DNA of 64,000 nucleotides, taken from assembly GCA_024137785.1 (NCBI GenBank), contig JAHRHZ010000018.1, forward strand, positions 13,117,679 to 13,181,678, given 5' to 3'. This document shows, in pieces, positions 37,783 through 49,726 of the stretch (position 1 is its first letter; every line of letters begins with the position of its first letter). The stretch is from Ginglymostoma cirratum (taxonomy: Eukaryota). The notes under the pieces are model-generated. The model was not told the DNA's origin. It was given only the letters and a program-made list of their open reading frames with translations, and ran no database searches. The position numbers and the translations under genes were made by a program.

Positions 37783-40449
37783 GAGGTCAACAGCCTGCTT
37801 CCAGACCATCTCGTCTGCTGCATGTATTGTCTGCGTGGAAGTCTCTTTGGATCGAAGTCTGAGCCTCAGTGTTAATTAGCAACTAGCAGGAAGCCACAGT
37901 TGGGGAGGGGTTGAATGTCAACCTGGGCCTTTTTAACTCCTGCACTTCTCCACAATGCCATGGATATGCAGTTTTCCTCATTGCCTGCTGATTGGGCTGC
38001 TCCCACAAGCAATTTACCCCACGATCCCTGAATGGACGGAAAGTGGGTGTGCACTTCTTAAAGAAAGGATACACTCCCTCCTTTGACTTCCTGGTTTGTT
38101 AACAGGGAGATACTGTTTGCAAACCCTTCTAGGCAGCCCCGAGGAGCGGCAAGGCAGTCCTTTCACCCTCTCCTCCTGCCTCTACGGAATATGATGAGTA
38201 TGAGACCCTCTCCCTGAAGCAAGGGAGCAGACAGATAAGGGTCTGTCAGAGGTTGCACCATCACCTCTCTGAGCAGGCTTCAGTGTACATTCAATGATCT
38301 CACCGGGTCAGCAACTTAACTCTTCCACCTCTCTCAATATCTTTCAGTACTCTTTAAGGAGATGTAAAGGCAAGCTAAAACAGAGTGCAACGTTTATATT
38401 TACTATTAATTGATTAGGGATGCTTTAACAAATGTGTGCTCCGACTGCGGTCATTTTCATACCACTTACAGTGCTGGCGTTTTTCTTAATAATTCATTAA
38501 CTGACACCTCTTTTGAAAGAGTAACAGTTTTCACACCTTAAATGGCACTGTTTTAGTTGCACTTTTTAAGCATGCAAACAAAGGCAGAGAATTTGATTAA
38601 CACTGCTAAAAAACGTCTTTGTTGTTTAAACTGTATCAAGTTCAGTAATGGGTAACGTGGTAACAGAAGCTCCATAACAAATCTGATTTTCAGTGAAATT
38701 TGATAGAGACGCCCATTCAAAGATATCTTAATGGCATATTGCTCCTGAAAGCATTCAAATTCATTCCAACGTGTTGGTGGTGGGAATCGTATTCTTAAGA
38801 TATTCAATTTAGTTAAAGATTAGATTTTGAAAGAAATGGCAAAAGCTATACCTTTTAATCATGTTGAAAAGCTATGGGTGAAACTGGAAGAAATCTAAAG
38901 TCCAGGTTCTCATGGATTGAGATGGGCATAGATGAAGAAAGTCATGGAAACCAACTTTGTACCATTTGATTTACAGACCACCTAGGTTTCTGATAACTTT
39001 TGTCAATTATGAACAGTTCCTCTTCTATACATGCGCTGTGGTGTGTATTCTTTACCACTAGTTATTAGATAGGACCACGACAAAGTAAAGACAATTGAAA
39101 ATTGTTGGCAGTGAACTACCTCAAATATCCCTTGCCCAGGAACAAACGCTGGTAAAGGTGGCAAAAGCCGCAAGGTGCCAGGAGTGGTCATCTGGCAGTA
39201 TACCACAGGTACAAATTGCATAAACTCTTCTAGCTTCAGCATTGGCAGGCACTTGTAGGCATAGTCCTGGAGGGACCATGAGAAGGGTGGGAAGCAAGGC
39301 AGGATTCCTGGCATTCTTGGATTTCTTTTACCAATAATATCAATGATAGCACCATATAGGTAAGGTGTAAGGTGGAGAATAATCCCAAGGATGGGATCCA
39401 GTATTGAAGGGGGCTGAGAACTGGGACATCGCAAGTCAGTAGCCAAAGGCAAAGAGAGGAGTTAGGTGAATGGGGGGAGTTGGGGGGAGGTCATTGCAAG
39501 GAGATGTTCCGGCTACATGGAACAGGGGTGAATCAATGCCATGGAGGAAAGTGACAGAAGGAAGATGGGTCAAACAATGCAGTGAGGTCAAGAGGGAAAC
39601 CTGGTTGTCGAAATTCAATTTCTTCATGACCAAGAGCAATCCTAATGAGCGAGTTTTGTATTGAAGGCTGGTACTAATCCAGCTTTGAAACTCCAGGTAC
39701 ACTCACTGCCCCCATTGCACCACAGAATGTGCAAGAGGAACATTCGTTATGACAGTCGTTTTATCTGAAGGGGTTGAAGCAATGTCACCGTGATAGTCTT
39801 TACTTCCTTCAGTGATGAATAACAATGCAAGAGGCATAAAGGAATACACCTATCAAGTGTTTCTCAAAGTCCAACATCTCTTTCAAAATTTTCTAGATGG
39901 AAGTCCTTTTCATGCATCACATTTCTCCCAAAGGCAAATTCATTTACTTGCTTTGACTTGGGCCTTAGGATCAGTGTTACATATCGGTGTTTAGTTTCCT
40001 CTTCTCGGGCACTCATTAACCCACTTACATACAGTTCCTTTGTACAGTATTTTAGTACAGTTTTAAACCTGTTTATTTTAAAAGCAACATAAAAATGAGG
40101 CACAAAGAAAGTCAGAACAAGCATATGTTAACTGAAGAAAACTGATCCCTGTTCAGGAATTTCAAGCCATTATCTGTCGCAATTCCTTTCTTCATAGTAA
40201 TGAAGCATGTAGCAAAACAATTTCTTTCTTTGCTTTGTGATGAACTGTTAGGAATTAACATTTCGAACAACAGAAAGCTGTATTTACAGTCTGCCTTTAA
40301 TGGGCAAAACATCTCAAAATATTTGACAGTGTCATTACAAAGCAAAATTTGACACTGAGCCATGGGAAGAGATATCAGGCCAGATAACCAAAGCTTGGTC
40401 AAAGAAAGCGTGTTTAAGGAGCATTTTAAAGGAGGAAAGAGACGTATAG

Positions 40450-41132
40450 GACTTTGGTTCAACCACATTTTGAATACTGCGTACAGTTCTGGTCACCACA
40501 TTATGAAAAGGATGTGGATGCTTTGGAGAGGGTGCAGAGGAGGTTCACCAGGATGTTGCCCGGGATGGAGGGTGCTAGCTATGAAGAGAGGTTGAGTAGA
40601 TTAGGATTATTTACATTAGAAAGACAGAGGTTGAGGGGGCTCCTGATTGAGGTCTGCAAAATAATGGACGTATAGACAGGGTGGATAGCAAGAAGCTTTT
40701 TTCTCAGAGTGGGGGACTCAATTACTAGGGGTCATGATTTCAAGGTGAGAGGGGAAAAGTTTAAGGGAGATATGCGTGGCAAGTTCTTTACGCAGAGGGT
40801 GGTGGGTGCCTAGAACATATTGCCAGTGGAGGTGGTAGAGGTGGGCACGATAGTGTCATTTAAGATGTATCTCGACAGATACATGAATGGGCAGGGAGCA
40901 GAGGGATACAGATCCTTGGAAAATAGGCGACAAGTTTGGGCTTAGGCGACAAGGATGGGCTTAGATTAGTTCACAGGTCGGCGCAACATCGAGGACCGAA
41001 GGGCCTGTTCTGCGCTGTATTGTTCTATGTTCTATGTTCTAAGTTTAGATAGAGGATCTGGATTGGTGCAGGCTTGGAGGGCTGAAGGGCCTGTTGCTGT
41101 GCTGTAATTTTCTTTGTTCTTTGTTTTTCTTT
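40450..41132 (+). mobile_element. CR1 3' end, same subfamily as 35222-36830
   Basis: Near-identical to the reverse complement of 35222-35790. gtatag is repeated at 40444-40449 and 41133-41138. Confidence 0.92.
40938..41040 (+). mobile_element. Short CR1 tail of another subfamily nested in the CR1 3' UTR
   Basis: ggtcggcgcaacatcgagg.ccgaagggcctgttctgcgctgta(tgttcta)n flanked by aagttt at 40932-40937 and 41041-41046. Confidence 0.8.
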
Positions 41133-44100
41133 GTATAGCAGCAGCAGAGACATTCAGGACTGGAATTCCAGCATTTAGGGCTCAGGCAGCTGAAGACATG
41201 GCCAGCAATCATTGAATATTGGGGGTGCACAAGAATTCAGGATTAGTGGAGAGCAGATAACTCTAGGGTGGGGTGCCTGGTGGAGATTAGAGTGATAGGG
41301 AGGGCATAGAAGAAATTGAAAACAAGGATGAGAATTTTAAAATTATTGTGTGGTTCAATCAACAATGTAGGCCAATGGGCGCAGTAGTAATCAATGGGTG
41401 CAGGAGTAATCAATGATTAGGACTGGGTATGGGTCAGGAAATGAGTTGGACAATTCGAAATGACTTCAAGTCTACAGAGGATAGAATAGGAGACAACAGG
41501 TTGGAATAGTTGAGGTAAGAAAGGCAAGAATGAAAGCCTCAGATGAACTGTGGTTTAGCCAGAGACAAGTGACAGGTGAAATTAGTGATAGTGGGGCTAC
41601 ATACCAAGAAGCTTAGTGCGATTCCTTGTAAGGCCAGTGTTACTGTCAACAAGTACATGGGTCAAGCAGAGAAAATACTAATATGGAAAAGCGGGCACTG
41701 AAATTAACATTAGGGCATCAGAATAGGCCTTATGTGGGAATGATTGAGGCGGGGGAGAGAAATGACATGAGAAGTATTGAAACAGGCCATTTAAATTTGA
41801 GGATGATTGGTTGTAAAAGGATGATTAACAAAATGGTATCTGGGGCTGTGGAAGTGCTGTTCCTTCGCTGTTGCTCTGCTAACATTCTACAACTCTCTAT
41901 CCAGCCGATAAGGGATGCCCATCATCAGAAGAGTCCAAGAAAAAGAACCACTGCCACCTTCTCAGGTTAACTAGAGAGGGCCAATAAACACCAGTCTGCT
42001 TCAGGTTCCAAGGATAAATGAACAGAAAATGTCTAATGAAAATTAAAATGACATTTCAGAATTGACTATACCTGACCATGCAAAGAAGTTAAAATATATG
42101 CTGTCAGGATGCCAAACAATGACAGTGTCACTTTTAGGTATAAACACCATAGACGTGCTCTTTGAAAGTTACACAAGCTGTCATGTATAACCACTGTATC
42201 AGAGAGAAAATACTACACGTTAATATGTCAGCGCACCATGTATTATCAATCAATACATCCTGCTCTTTACCTTACATGACAGAGTGGCATTCAATAGCAG
42301 CTGCTGAATGATGATCATTTACCATGGAGCAGAGCCGTTTTGAGGAGGTTGTAATGATTGTGTTACTGGCATGAAAGATGCACAGGGTTGTACGTTGGTG
42401 AAAGCGGAGGATAATTTGCACCATTGGGTACGCACAGTGTAACGTTGTCAAGAAGTGTAATGTCAACTTGCCTCCAGCTGCCTGAACATCGCTGTTAATC
42501 ATAACATTCACTGTAACCGTGGGAAACAGAAGAGTTTTAGCCTATCCCTCCAGGGTATCTGTCATAATACAAGTACTTGACTCAGCGCCATTGAAAGCAG
42601 GAAGGAGCAGTCCAGAAGCCATGACCATAAAGATGTTATCGATACAGTTCAGCAGTGGGGTGATGGCAGCAACACAGAATGTATCTAAATGAGACACTTT
42701 GGCCCATTATTAGCAACTCCCTCCTTAATTCTGTCCAGTTGTCGCTCCTCCTTTAAGGAGCTTCATAAAACCAAACCCTTTGCACCTTTGGTCACCTGTT
42801 GTGACATCTCCTTTTATTTACTCAATGACAAATATTACCTGAAAGTGGTGCAGGGCATGTTAATCATTATATCAAAGATTGCATATAAATTGTCGTAGCA
42901 CCAAAATGGCTTATCCTGTGCAATCTGTGAAGCCAGTCAATATCGTGGAGACATGCCGGGACTGGCGGGTACCAGGCTGTGCCATGGGAGACGCAGCATG
43001 ACTTACTCCACACTGTCACTTACAGTGCAGTAATTTGAATGGCATCTACAGACAGCGCCAGTGCCGATGAGACACTGTTGACACATATTATAAACCTAAG
43101 TGAGCCATAGTAACAACCTTGCAAAGAGGCACCGCGCAAAGCTGAGCTGTTACAGCCCTGCTCCATTATATTGAACTTCAAAGAGTTACAGAGGTTGCTT
43201 TCCAGAATGAGAAGTATCCATCCTGATCAACTACGCTGCCTCATTTTCCCCCTGGTAATGATGATTAATGTGTGCACTGCCTTGAATGCATTTATAATCG
43301 CCTAATAAACAAATTATGAATGGTGTCTATTCTTTATCACAGCTGAGTTCTTCTTAGCAGTCTGATCAATGTTTAATCAACACCGTGGATACAGTTATAC
43401 CTAAATAAAAGGGAAACGCGATGTGGTTATGTGCTTGAAGCTGGCTGTCGGAACAATAGAGCTCCTCTCTTCAGCAGGCGGGAAGTGAAAGGTTTATAGT
43501 CACTTATGACATTTGGCGAGACTGCGTCTGAGTGAAGGAGGTCAGAGCTATCCGAGCACTCAGGCAGACTGCCTGTGTGAAGTAGAAAGTCGTTAGCCGT
43601 TTCTACAGGGAATTGGTTAAGTTCTGTTTGGAAAGGCAGGCAGCCGTCATGACCTGTGTCTCCGTGTGCCAGCGTGTTGCAATTAAAGTTTAAACACTGC
43701 AAACAATGCAGACCACTGAGAGGGTCAGGCTGAGTGGAGGATACCAGGCAGTTAGACAAAGCATGATCAGGCTATGTTGCTTCCAGCACTAACAGCTGGA
43801 TTGGTCCTGCTTTCACTTGTCAAAGCTTGTTCCTCAGGCGGTAATAATAGCCAGTTACTGGACTTCAACTACCAGCCAAATATCAATGAACTTATATTAA
43901 AATTAATATTTTATCCGTCTTCTCCCCTGGTTTTCTCCTCCCCAGAGCATCCTTCTGGGTGAGTGTGCCTTGAACTGTCCATAGGCTGTAAACGCTCAAG
44001 TCTTTTCTCTAAACCCTTCTACCTTCCTACTGTTTCTGCTCCTTTCAGGTTGCACTTTAAAGACTATTTGTTTCACAAAGCCCCTGGCCATCTGTCTCAC

Positions 44101-44719
44101 AATGTTTTTATATGATATGGTCATTTTTCAAAAATAATTCCTCTCTGTTTTCACTGTGTTAAGGGTGTCATATAAGTGCAAGTTGTTAATGTGATTGTAA
44201 ATCTGGCAGCCACCTTCATAAAATAGGCACTCCTTGTGTGAGACTATTCAGTGAGCACCAGACCATGATTGGACTGCCTGTGCTGTTCACAATCTAATCT
44301 GACATTAGCTTTCGACAACTTTGATCAACAGAGGGAACCCTCACAGTCTTTTTTTATTGATTTCTGAGACAACTAGGCCAGTTCTTAATTATCTTACAGG
44401 CAGCTCAATCAATGCCTCTAAGCCCAGCAGACATTAGGAATGGAACCTGAAAACCTCTAGGTCAGAGCAGTCAGTAGCTTCCTGAGGCAGAATGTGGTGT
44501 ATCCCATAGACCCACCCAAGATTTGAGATTATGATTTAGGTTTATACTGAAGGAGGCTCATTGTTTTCATACTGAGACTCTGTATGAGGCTATTCTGGTG
44601 CATTAGGATGAATCTTCCTCAAGGATCTTCGAGTACTACTTGAAGAAGTGAGGGATGAAAGGTTTGGTAATCAGTGGGCCACAGCTACCTCATGTTAAAA
44701 GAGCCAATGCCTGAGCATT

Positions 44720-45630
44720 TTTTACCCCACAAGAATGAGTTTCAGGAGCTAGAACAACAGCAGTGATAGACCTGAAGGTTGCATTGCAATTGTAGCATGT
44801 GTACTGTTGCTCTATGACACAGACATTGCTTCCCTGAGTCAAACATGCCAGGCAGGAAAAGGTCAGCTCAAAGAACAAGATGGTGGAGATACTTTCTTCT
44901 AGATGGGTGAATCAGAAGAGGAATGTTGACTCCATAGAGTTGGCTTTGCTGTTAGAAATAAACTAGTTGACTGTCTCGGCAATATTCCAGTGAGAGAGAG
45001 GCAGTGAATGATTTCTACGAGGATCTCCTCAGTCAAGACTTGGTCCTTGAGGTCTATGTCCTCAACCATATCCCACAGCACGCTACCTGCCATCATCTCT
45101 GCACAGCACACAGCCTGAGGTAGAAAAGCCCACCTGACAGCTGCCGATGCTGATGGAATGCAGTGGAGATATACTACAGGTTAAAATACATGACCTTATC
45201 TCCCTCGTCTGGAAGGCAAGCTTTGATATGTTGTAATTTTGACCATCTTCAAGGAAGGAGACAAGACCAATTGTGGTAAATACAGTGAGTTGTCACTACT
45301 ATGACCAGGTAAGGTCATCACAAGAATCCTTCTCAGTCACCTCCTTCCAAATGCTGAAGAGAGCCTCCCAGAGTTTCAGTATGGATTCCATCCAGCAAAA
45401 ACCACAGCGGACATGATCCTCGCAGCAAGATAAGTTTATGAAAAGTACAGAGACCAGCAGCAGATAGACATGGCCTCCTTTAACCTCACAAAGGACTTTG
45501 ACCCTACTAACTGGGAAGGGTTATGGATTGTCTTCCTCAAACTTGGTTGCCAACAGAAACTTGTCACCATCTTCTCCCTACTGCATGATGACATTCAAAC
45601 CATGACCCTCAGCAATGAATCCACAGAAAA
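44720..45630 (+). mobile_element. RTE-clade LINE remnant (APE endonuclease and RT pieces, internally deleted)
   Basis: DIASLSQT..GQLKEQDGGDTFF, HRVGFAVRNKL, IFKEGDKTNCGKY, LPEFQYGFHP.KTTADMI and FNLTKDFD. Confidence 0.8.
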
Positions 45631-45874
45631 TTGTTGTTTCATCATCTAATTTAGTGACACAGAATGATTGTTCAGGCATCTGATTTACAATTTACAATTG
45701 CAATTGGCAGGAGATAATCAGTAGGCAGTTTGTTTCCCTTTGTTTGACTTGATGCCACGAGGCTTAATTGGCTCCACGGTCAATATTGAGAGCACCAAGT
45801 GTAACTCCTTCCCAAACGTGAACCACTGCATCTCCATCTCTGGTGGCTTGGTCCTGGTGGTGAGAATGGACATT

Positions 45875-46116
45875 ATCAGGAACAAAAACAAAGTTGTTGG
45901 AAAAGCTCAGCAGGTCTGGCAGCATATGTGAAGGAGAAAACAAAGTTAATGTTTTGGGTCCGGTGACCCTTCCTCAGAACAGTTCTGAGGAAGGGTCACC
46001 GGACCTGAAACGTTAACTCTGTTTTCTCCTTCACAGATGCTGCCAGACCTGCCGAGCTTTTCCAGCAACTTTGTTTTTGTTCCTGATTTGCAGCATCCAC
46101 AGTTCTTTTGGTTTTT
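45875..46116. mobile_element. Fold-back Penelope-like mini-element (family B), 106-bp inverted arms
   Basis: 45875-45980 is the near-perfect reverse complement of 45982-46087, with a 1-nt centre at 45981. atggacat is repeated at 45866-45873 and 46117-46124. Confidence 0.92.
45981..46018 (+). ncRNA. Minimal type I hammerhead ribozyme motif
   Basis: agtt-CTGAGGA-a-gggtc-accg-gacct-GAAA-c-GTT-aact: helix I agtt/aact, helix II, palindromic ACGT helix III and an NUH triplet. Confidence 0.7.
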
Positions 46117-46914
46117 ATGGACATACCAGGGATGTTGATGGTAATATTTGGGATATGGTAAGATAGAATTCTGTGGGTATAGCCACAATAGCCATGCCAT
46201 AATTACATGGCTTTAGACTGGCCTTATAAATACTGGAGGTTCAGTCTCACACAGAAACCAATTTCAAAGGTGGTGCACAACGAGAAAGACCCTGGAGAGT
46301 TCACCTACAAATGACAGAGGGAAAAGAAATTGGTAAGGCTGTTACACAAAAAGTATGGGTTCCTGTGCATTTTAAAGAGAAGTATAAGGTACAAGAGCAC
46401 TTCAGTGAAGCTGCCAATGTCTTGGAGAGGGAAAAAAGAGAATGATTGTGAGGATATATCTTCAGTATTATGGAGAGACTAGGAATCTGCTGCTTCTCAC
46501 AAGTTCGAGGAGATTTAGTAGACATATTCAGCTATGTAAAGCTCTGCTAGAGTAAATAAAGGGGAGCAGTTTCCAGTGGAAGGAGGTCTGGTAATCAAAG
46601 AACTCCAACGTAATTGCTAAAAAAAGTCAGAGAGAAGACTGGAGATTTATTTTGAGCAAAAAGTTGTTATGAGCTGGAATAAACTGCATGAATATGTTAT
46701 AGAAACAGATGCAGTACTAAAAGGGATTTATTGCATACATGAAAATAAGAGTATAAAACATAGGAGGGTTCTGGGGCAAATTGTTAAGAGCCAGCCGGAA
46801 GAAAGTTGTCTGAATGGCTATCTTCTCTGCTGTATGATCTATGATTCTTTGAATATTAACGTTCTTAACATAATCTTCATTAGCACGGACAGATATCAAG
46901 TGTGGGAGGAATGC

Positions 46915-47510
46915 TGGTGTCAATGCACTGGTAATGTAATCCTCAGGCCCATCGAATGTCCTGGAAATAACTGTACAAATCCCACCATGACAGTTGGTAA
47001 ACTGGAAATTTAATAAATAAAACCTGGAATTGGAAGCTAGTCTTGATAAACAGCGATTGTCTTTGTCCCAAAAGGCCAACACTGGTTCACTAACACCCCT
47101 TTAGGGAAGGAAATCTTCCATCCTTATTCACCCTGGTTTACATGTGACACCAGACTCAACAAGATCACTTCAGAGATAGTAGGAACTGCAGATGCTGGAG
47201 AATCTGAGATAACAAGGTGTAGAGCCGAATGAACACAGCAGGCCAAGCAGCATCAGAAGAGCAGGAAAGCTGACATTTTGGGCCTAGACCCTTCTTCAGA
47301 AAGGGTCTAGGCCCGAAAAGTCAGCTTTTCTGCTCCTCTGACGCTGCTTGGCCTGCTGTGTTCATCCAGCTCTATACCTTGTTATCTCAACAAGATCATG
47401 GTCGGTTTTTAAACTTCCCTCTGAAATGATCCAGCAAGATACCCAGTTAAAGGGCAATCAAGAATTGGCAACAAATGCAGGCCTTGCCAGACAACACTCA
47501 GATCCCCCTG
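46915..47510 (+). mobile_element. tRNA-derived SINE (13684 family) interrupted by a fold-back PLE
   Basis: ctggttcactaacacccctttagggaaggaaatc..acatgtgac.ccagac before the insertion. Tail agggcaatcaagaattggcaacaaatgc after it. Confidence 0.7.
47168..47385. mobile_element. Fold-back Penelope-like mini-element (family A)
   Basis: Inverted arms meet at gggcctagacccttc-ttca-gaaagggtctaggccc. 13-bp TSD ctcaacaagatca (47155-47167, 47386-47398). Confidence 0.92.
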
Positions 47511-47811
47511 CACAGAATAAAGGTACAACAAGATCAGTCCCCTCAGTGGCAAGCAAAATATCTGTGACATTAGTAACAATGCCACTGCTATCAAGAAGGA
47601 AGCTTGTAATCAGCTAAGATGCTGGTGCAGCTTTAGTACCAACCTTTCAACCAGCATCTCACCGTTGGGGTATCAACCAAAAAGACTCACTGGAAAATCA
47701 GTGTAAGGATCTCCTTTCCCTCAGTGAAAGGCCAATCTTCAGCCTGCTCCTTTTGCGGATTCAGCCATGCACCCTGGGCTAGTATTAGGAAATCATGACA
47801 TTACTCTGTTA

Positions 47812-48140
47812 TGTATGGTGGCTCTGTAGTTAGCACTGCTGCCTTACTGCACCACGGACCTGGGTTTGATTCCACCTGGTGGCTGTCTGTGTGGAGTTTG
47901 CACACTCTCCCTGTGTCTGCGTGGGTTTCCTCTGGGTACTCTGGTTTCCTCCCACAGTCCAAAGACGTGCAGGCTAGGTGGATTGGCCATGCTAAATTGC
48001 CCATAGTGTCCAGCAATGTGTAGGCTAGATAGATTAGCTATAGGGGTGGGGGGGTGGGTCTGGGTGAGAGGCTCTTCAGATGGTCAGTGTGGACTGAATG
48101 GTTTGAATGGCCTGCTTCCACACTGTAGGGATTCCATTAT
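47812..48140 (+). mobile_element. HE1 SINE
   Basis: HE1 head, core and tail. Confidence 0.9.
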
Positions 48141-48819
48141 TCTACCTCCTTAAGACTTGATTTTTCTCTGGCAGTATTTGTAGATTATGGAATGCATTGC
48201 TGCCAATAACTGATGATGTGAAGTGACCTGAGGGAAAATGTCTTTGCATTTGTTCACGGGATGTTAGTGTTGCTGGCTGGACCAATACTTGTTGTCTATT
48301 CCTAATTATTTTTCATCGGATAGTGGCTGGTCTTCTTGAACTGCTGCAATCCATTTGGCACAGGCAGAGAGGGAGTTTCAGGTTTTAGACCCAGTGACAG
48401 TAAAGGAATAATATGACTATTTCATAGTCGGGATGGTTTGTGACTTGGAAAGCAACTTGCAAGTGGTGTCCCCAAGCTGCCTTTTCCTTTCTAGATAGCA
48501 GAGAGCATGTGAAGTCTGTACACGGCGAAAAAAAGGCCTCTGTGAACAGAGTAGATCTGATTCAATGTGAAATCTGCATCAATGAACTACATTGTGAATA
48601 AGAAAGAATGCCCAGGATTAGCATTGTGAAACATCTCTGCTCAGATCCAAGCATGATCCTGAGCTTCAGTTGCTTGCTGTTATAATTTACCGCTCTATTC
48701 TTATGCTCTTGTTTCTAACCTTGATATGCTGGAGTGTAGCTTAACAGAAACTGAAGGAGCAGCACCTCACCTTCAATTAAGCACCTTCTGGACATAACAC
48801 TGAGCTCAGCAATTTCGGA

Positions 48820-49212
48820 CTATAACTCAGTGCCCCATTTTGATTACTTCTTTTACAATGTGGTGGTTTTCTCTTTGCTCTTCATGTTTTGCTTTCAGAC
48901 AGTGCGCTTCATTATTCTGACGTGCACCTTCTCTCTGGACAAATGCCATTTTTTTTGTTACACCTATTGCCACTCCCTTGCCTTTTGTATCGTGACATCT
49001 TTTACCTCCTCCCACTTTCTACCCTGTCTCAGACTGTCCCTTTTGTTCTTCTCCTTTTTCCTATCACTGGGATATGTAAAACCTATCACATTTATATCTG
49101 CTTTCAATTTGCTTCATATCTAACTCGAAATGGTAATTATTTTCTCTCTTTCAGCTCATACTGATGGTCAGCTGAGTAATACTAAGTATTCCCAGCACTT
49201 CAGTTTTTGTTA
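48820..49212 (+). mobile_element. Old Penelope-like 3' UTR fragment
   Basis: Pyrimidine-rich UTR ending ctcgaaatggtaa..tctctct..gagt..tcccagcacttcagtttttgtt, similar to the family B end. Confidence 0.5.
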
Positions 49213-49294
49213 ACATTTTCTTTTGTATTGTAGCACTGCAGGATGACTACAATTGTCTTTGGACTCGGAAGATAGAAATCATCATCGTTTTCAC

Positions 49295-49425
49295 AATAAA
49301 AACTGAATGAACTGCGAATGCTGTAAGCCAGAAACAAAGAAACAAATTGCTGGAAAAGCTCAGTAGGTCTGGCAGCATCTGTGGAGAGAAATCACGTTTC
49401 GGGTTGATTGACATTTCCTCAGAAC
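49295..49425 (-). mobile_element. Penelope-like family B 3' end
   Basis: aactgcgaatgctg..aaattgctggaaaagctcagtaggtctggcagcatctgtgg..cgtttcggg..ttcctcagaac. Confidence 0.85.
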
Positions 49426-49726
49426 TAATGTGATTTTACTAACTCATAACCCTGTCTTCCCATCCTACTATTCAAAAAAACTCATTCAGATTTTATCCAC
49501 ACACAAATTTGAAACTGGATAATGTAACGCAGCTTTCCTTTCTAAAGAGAGACAGCATGTTGATATTTCCTCTCGTGCATTCCTTGATTGAGCACCATAT
49601 TGGCCTTAAAAACAAAAATCAACCCATTTTGTCATAAATAAATCAGTTTGAGTTTGACCAGCTACTTCCAAATGGGTCTGGAGTCTATAACAGAGTTAAA
49701 TTGTGGCTGAATGCATTATACCTTTC

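Larger units (their letters stand above)
40280..41600 (-). mobile_element. L2 LINE 3' region interrupted by CR1
   Basis: accaaagcttggtcaaaga..tttaaggagcattttaaaggagg resumes after 41133 as ggaattccagcatttaggg..caggcagctgaag..gaaaacaaggatgagaattttaaaatt. Confidence 0.75.
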
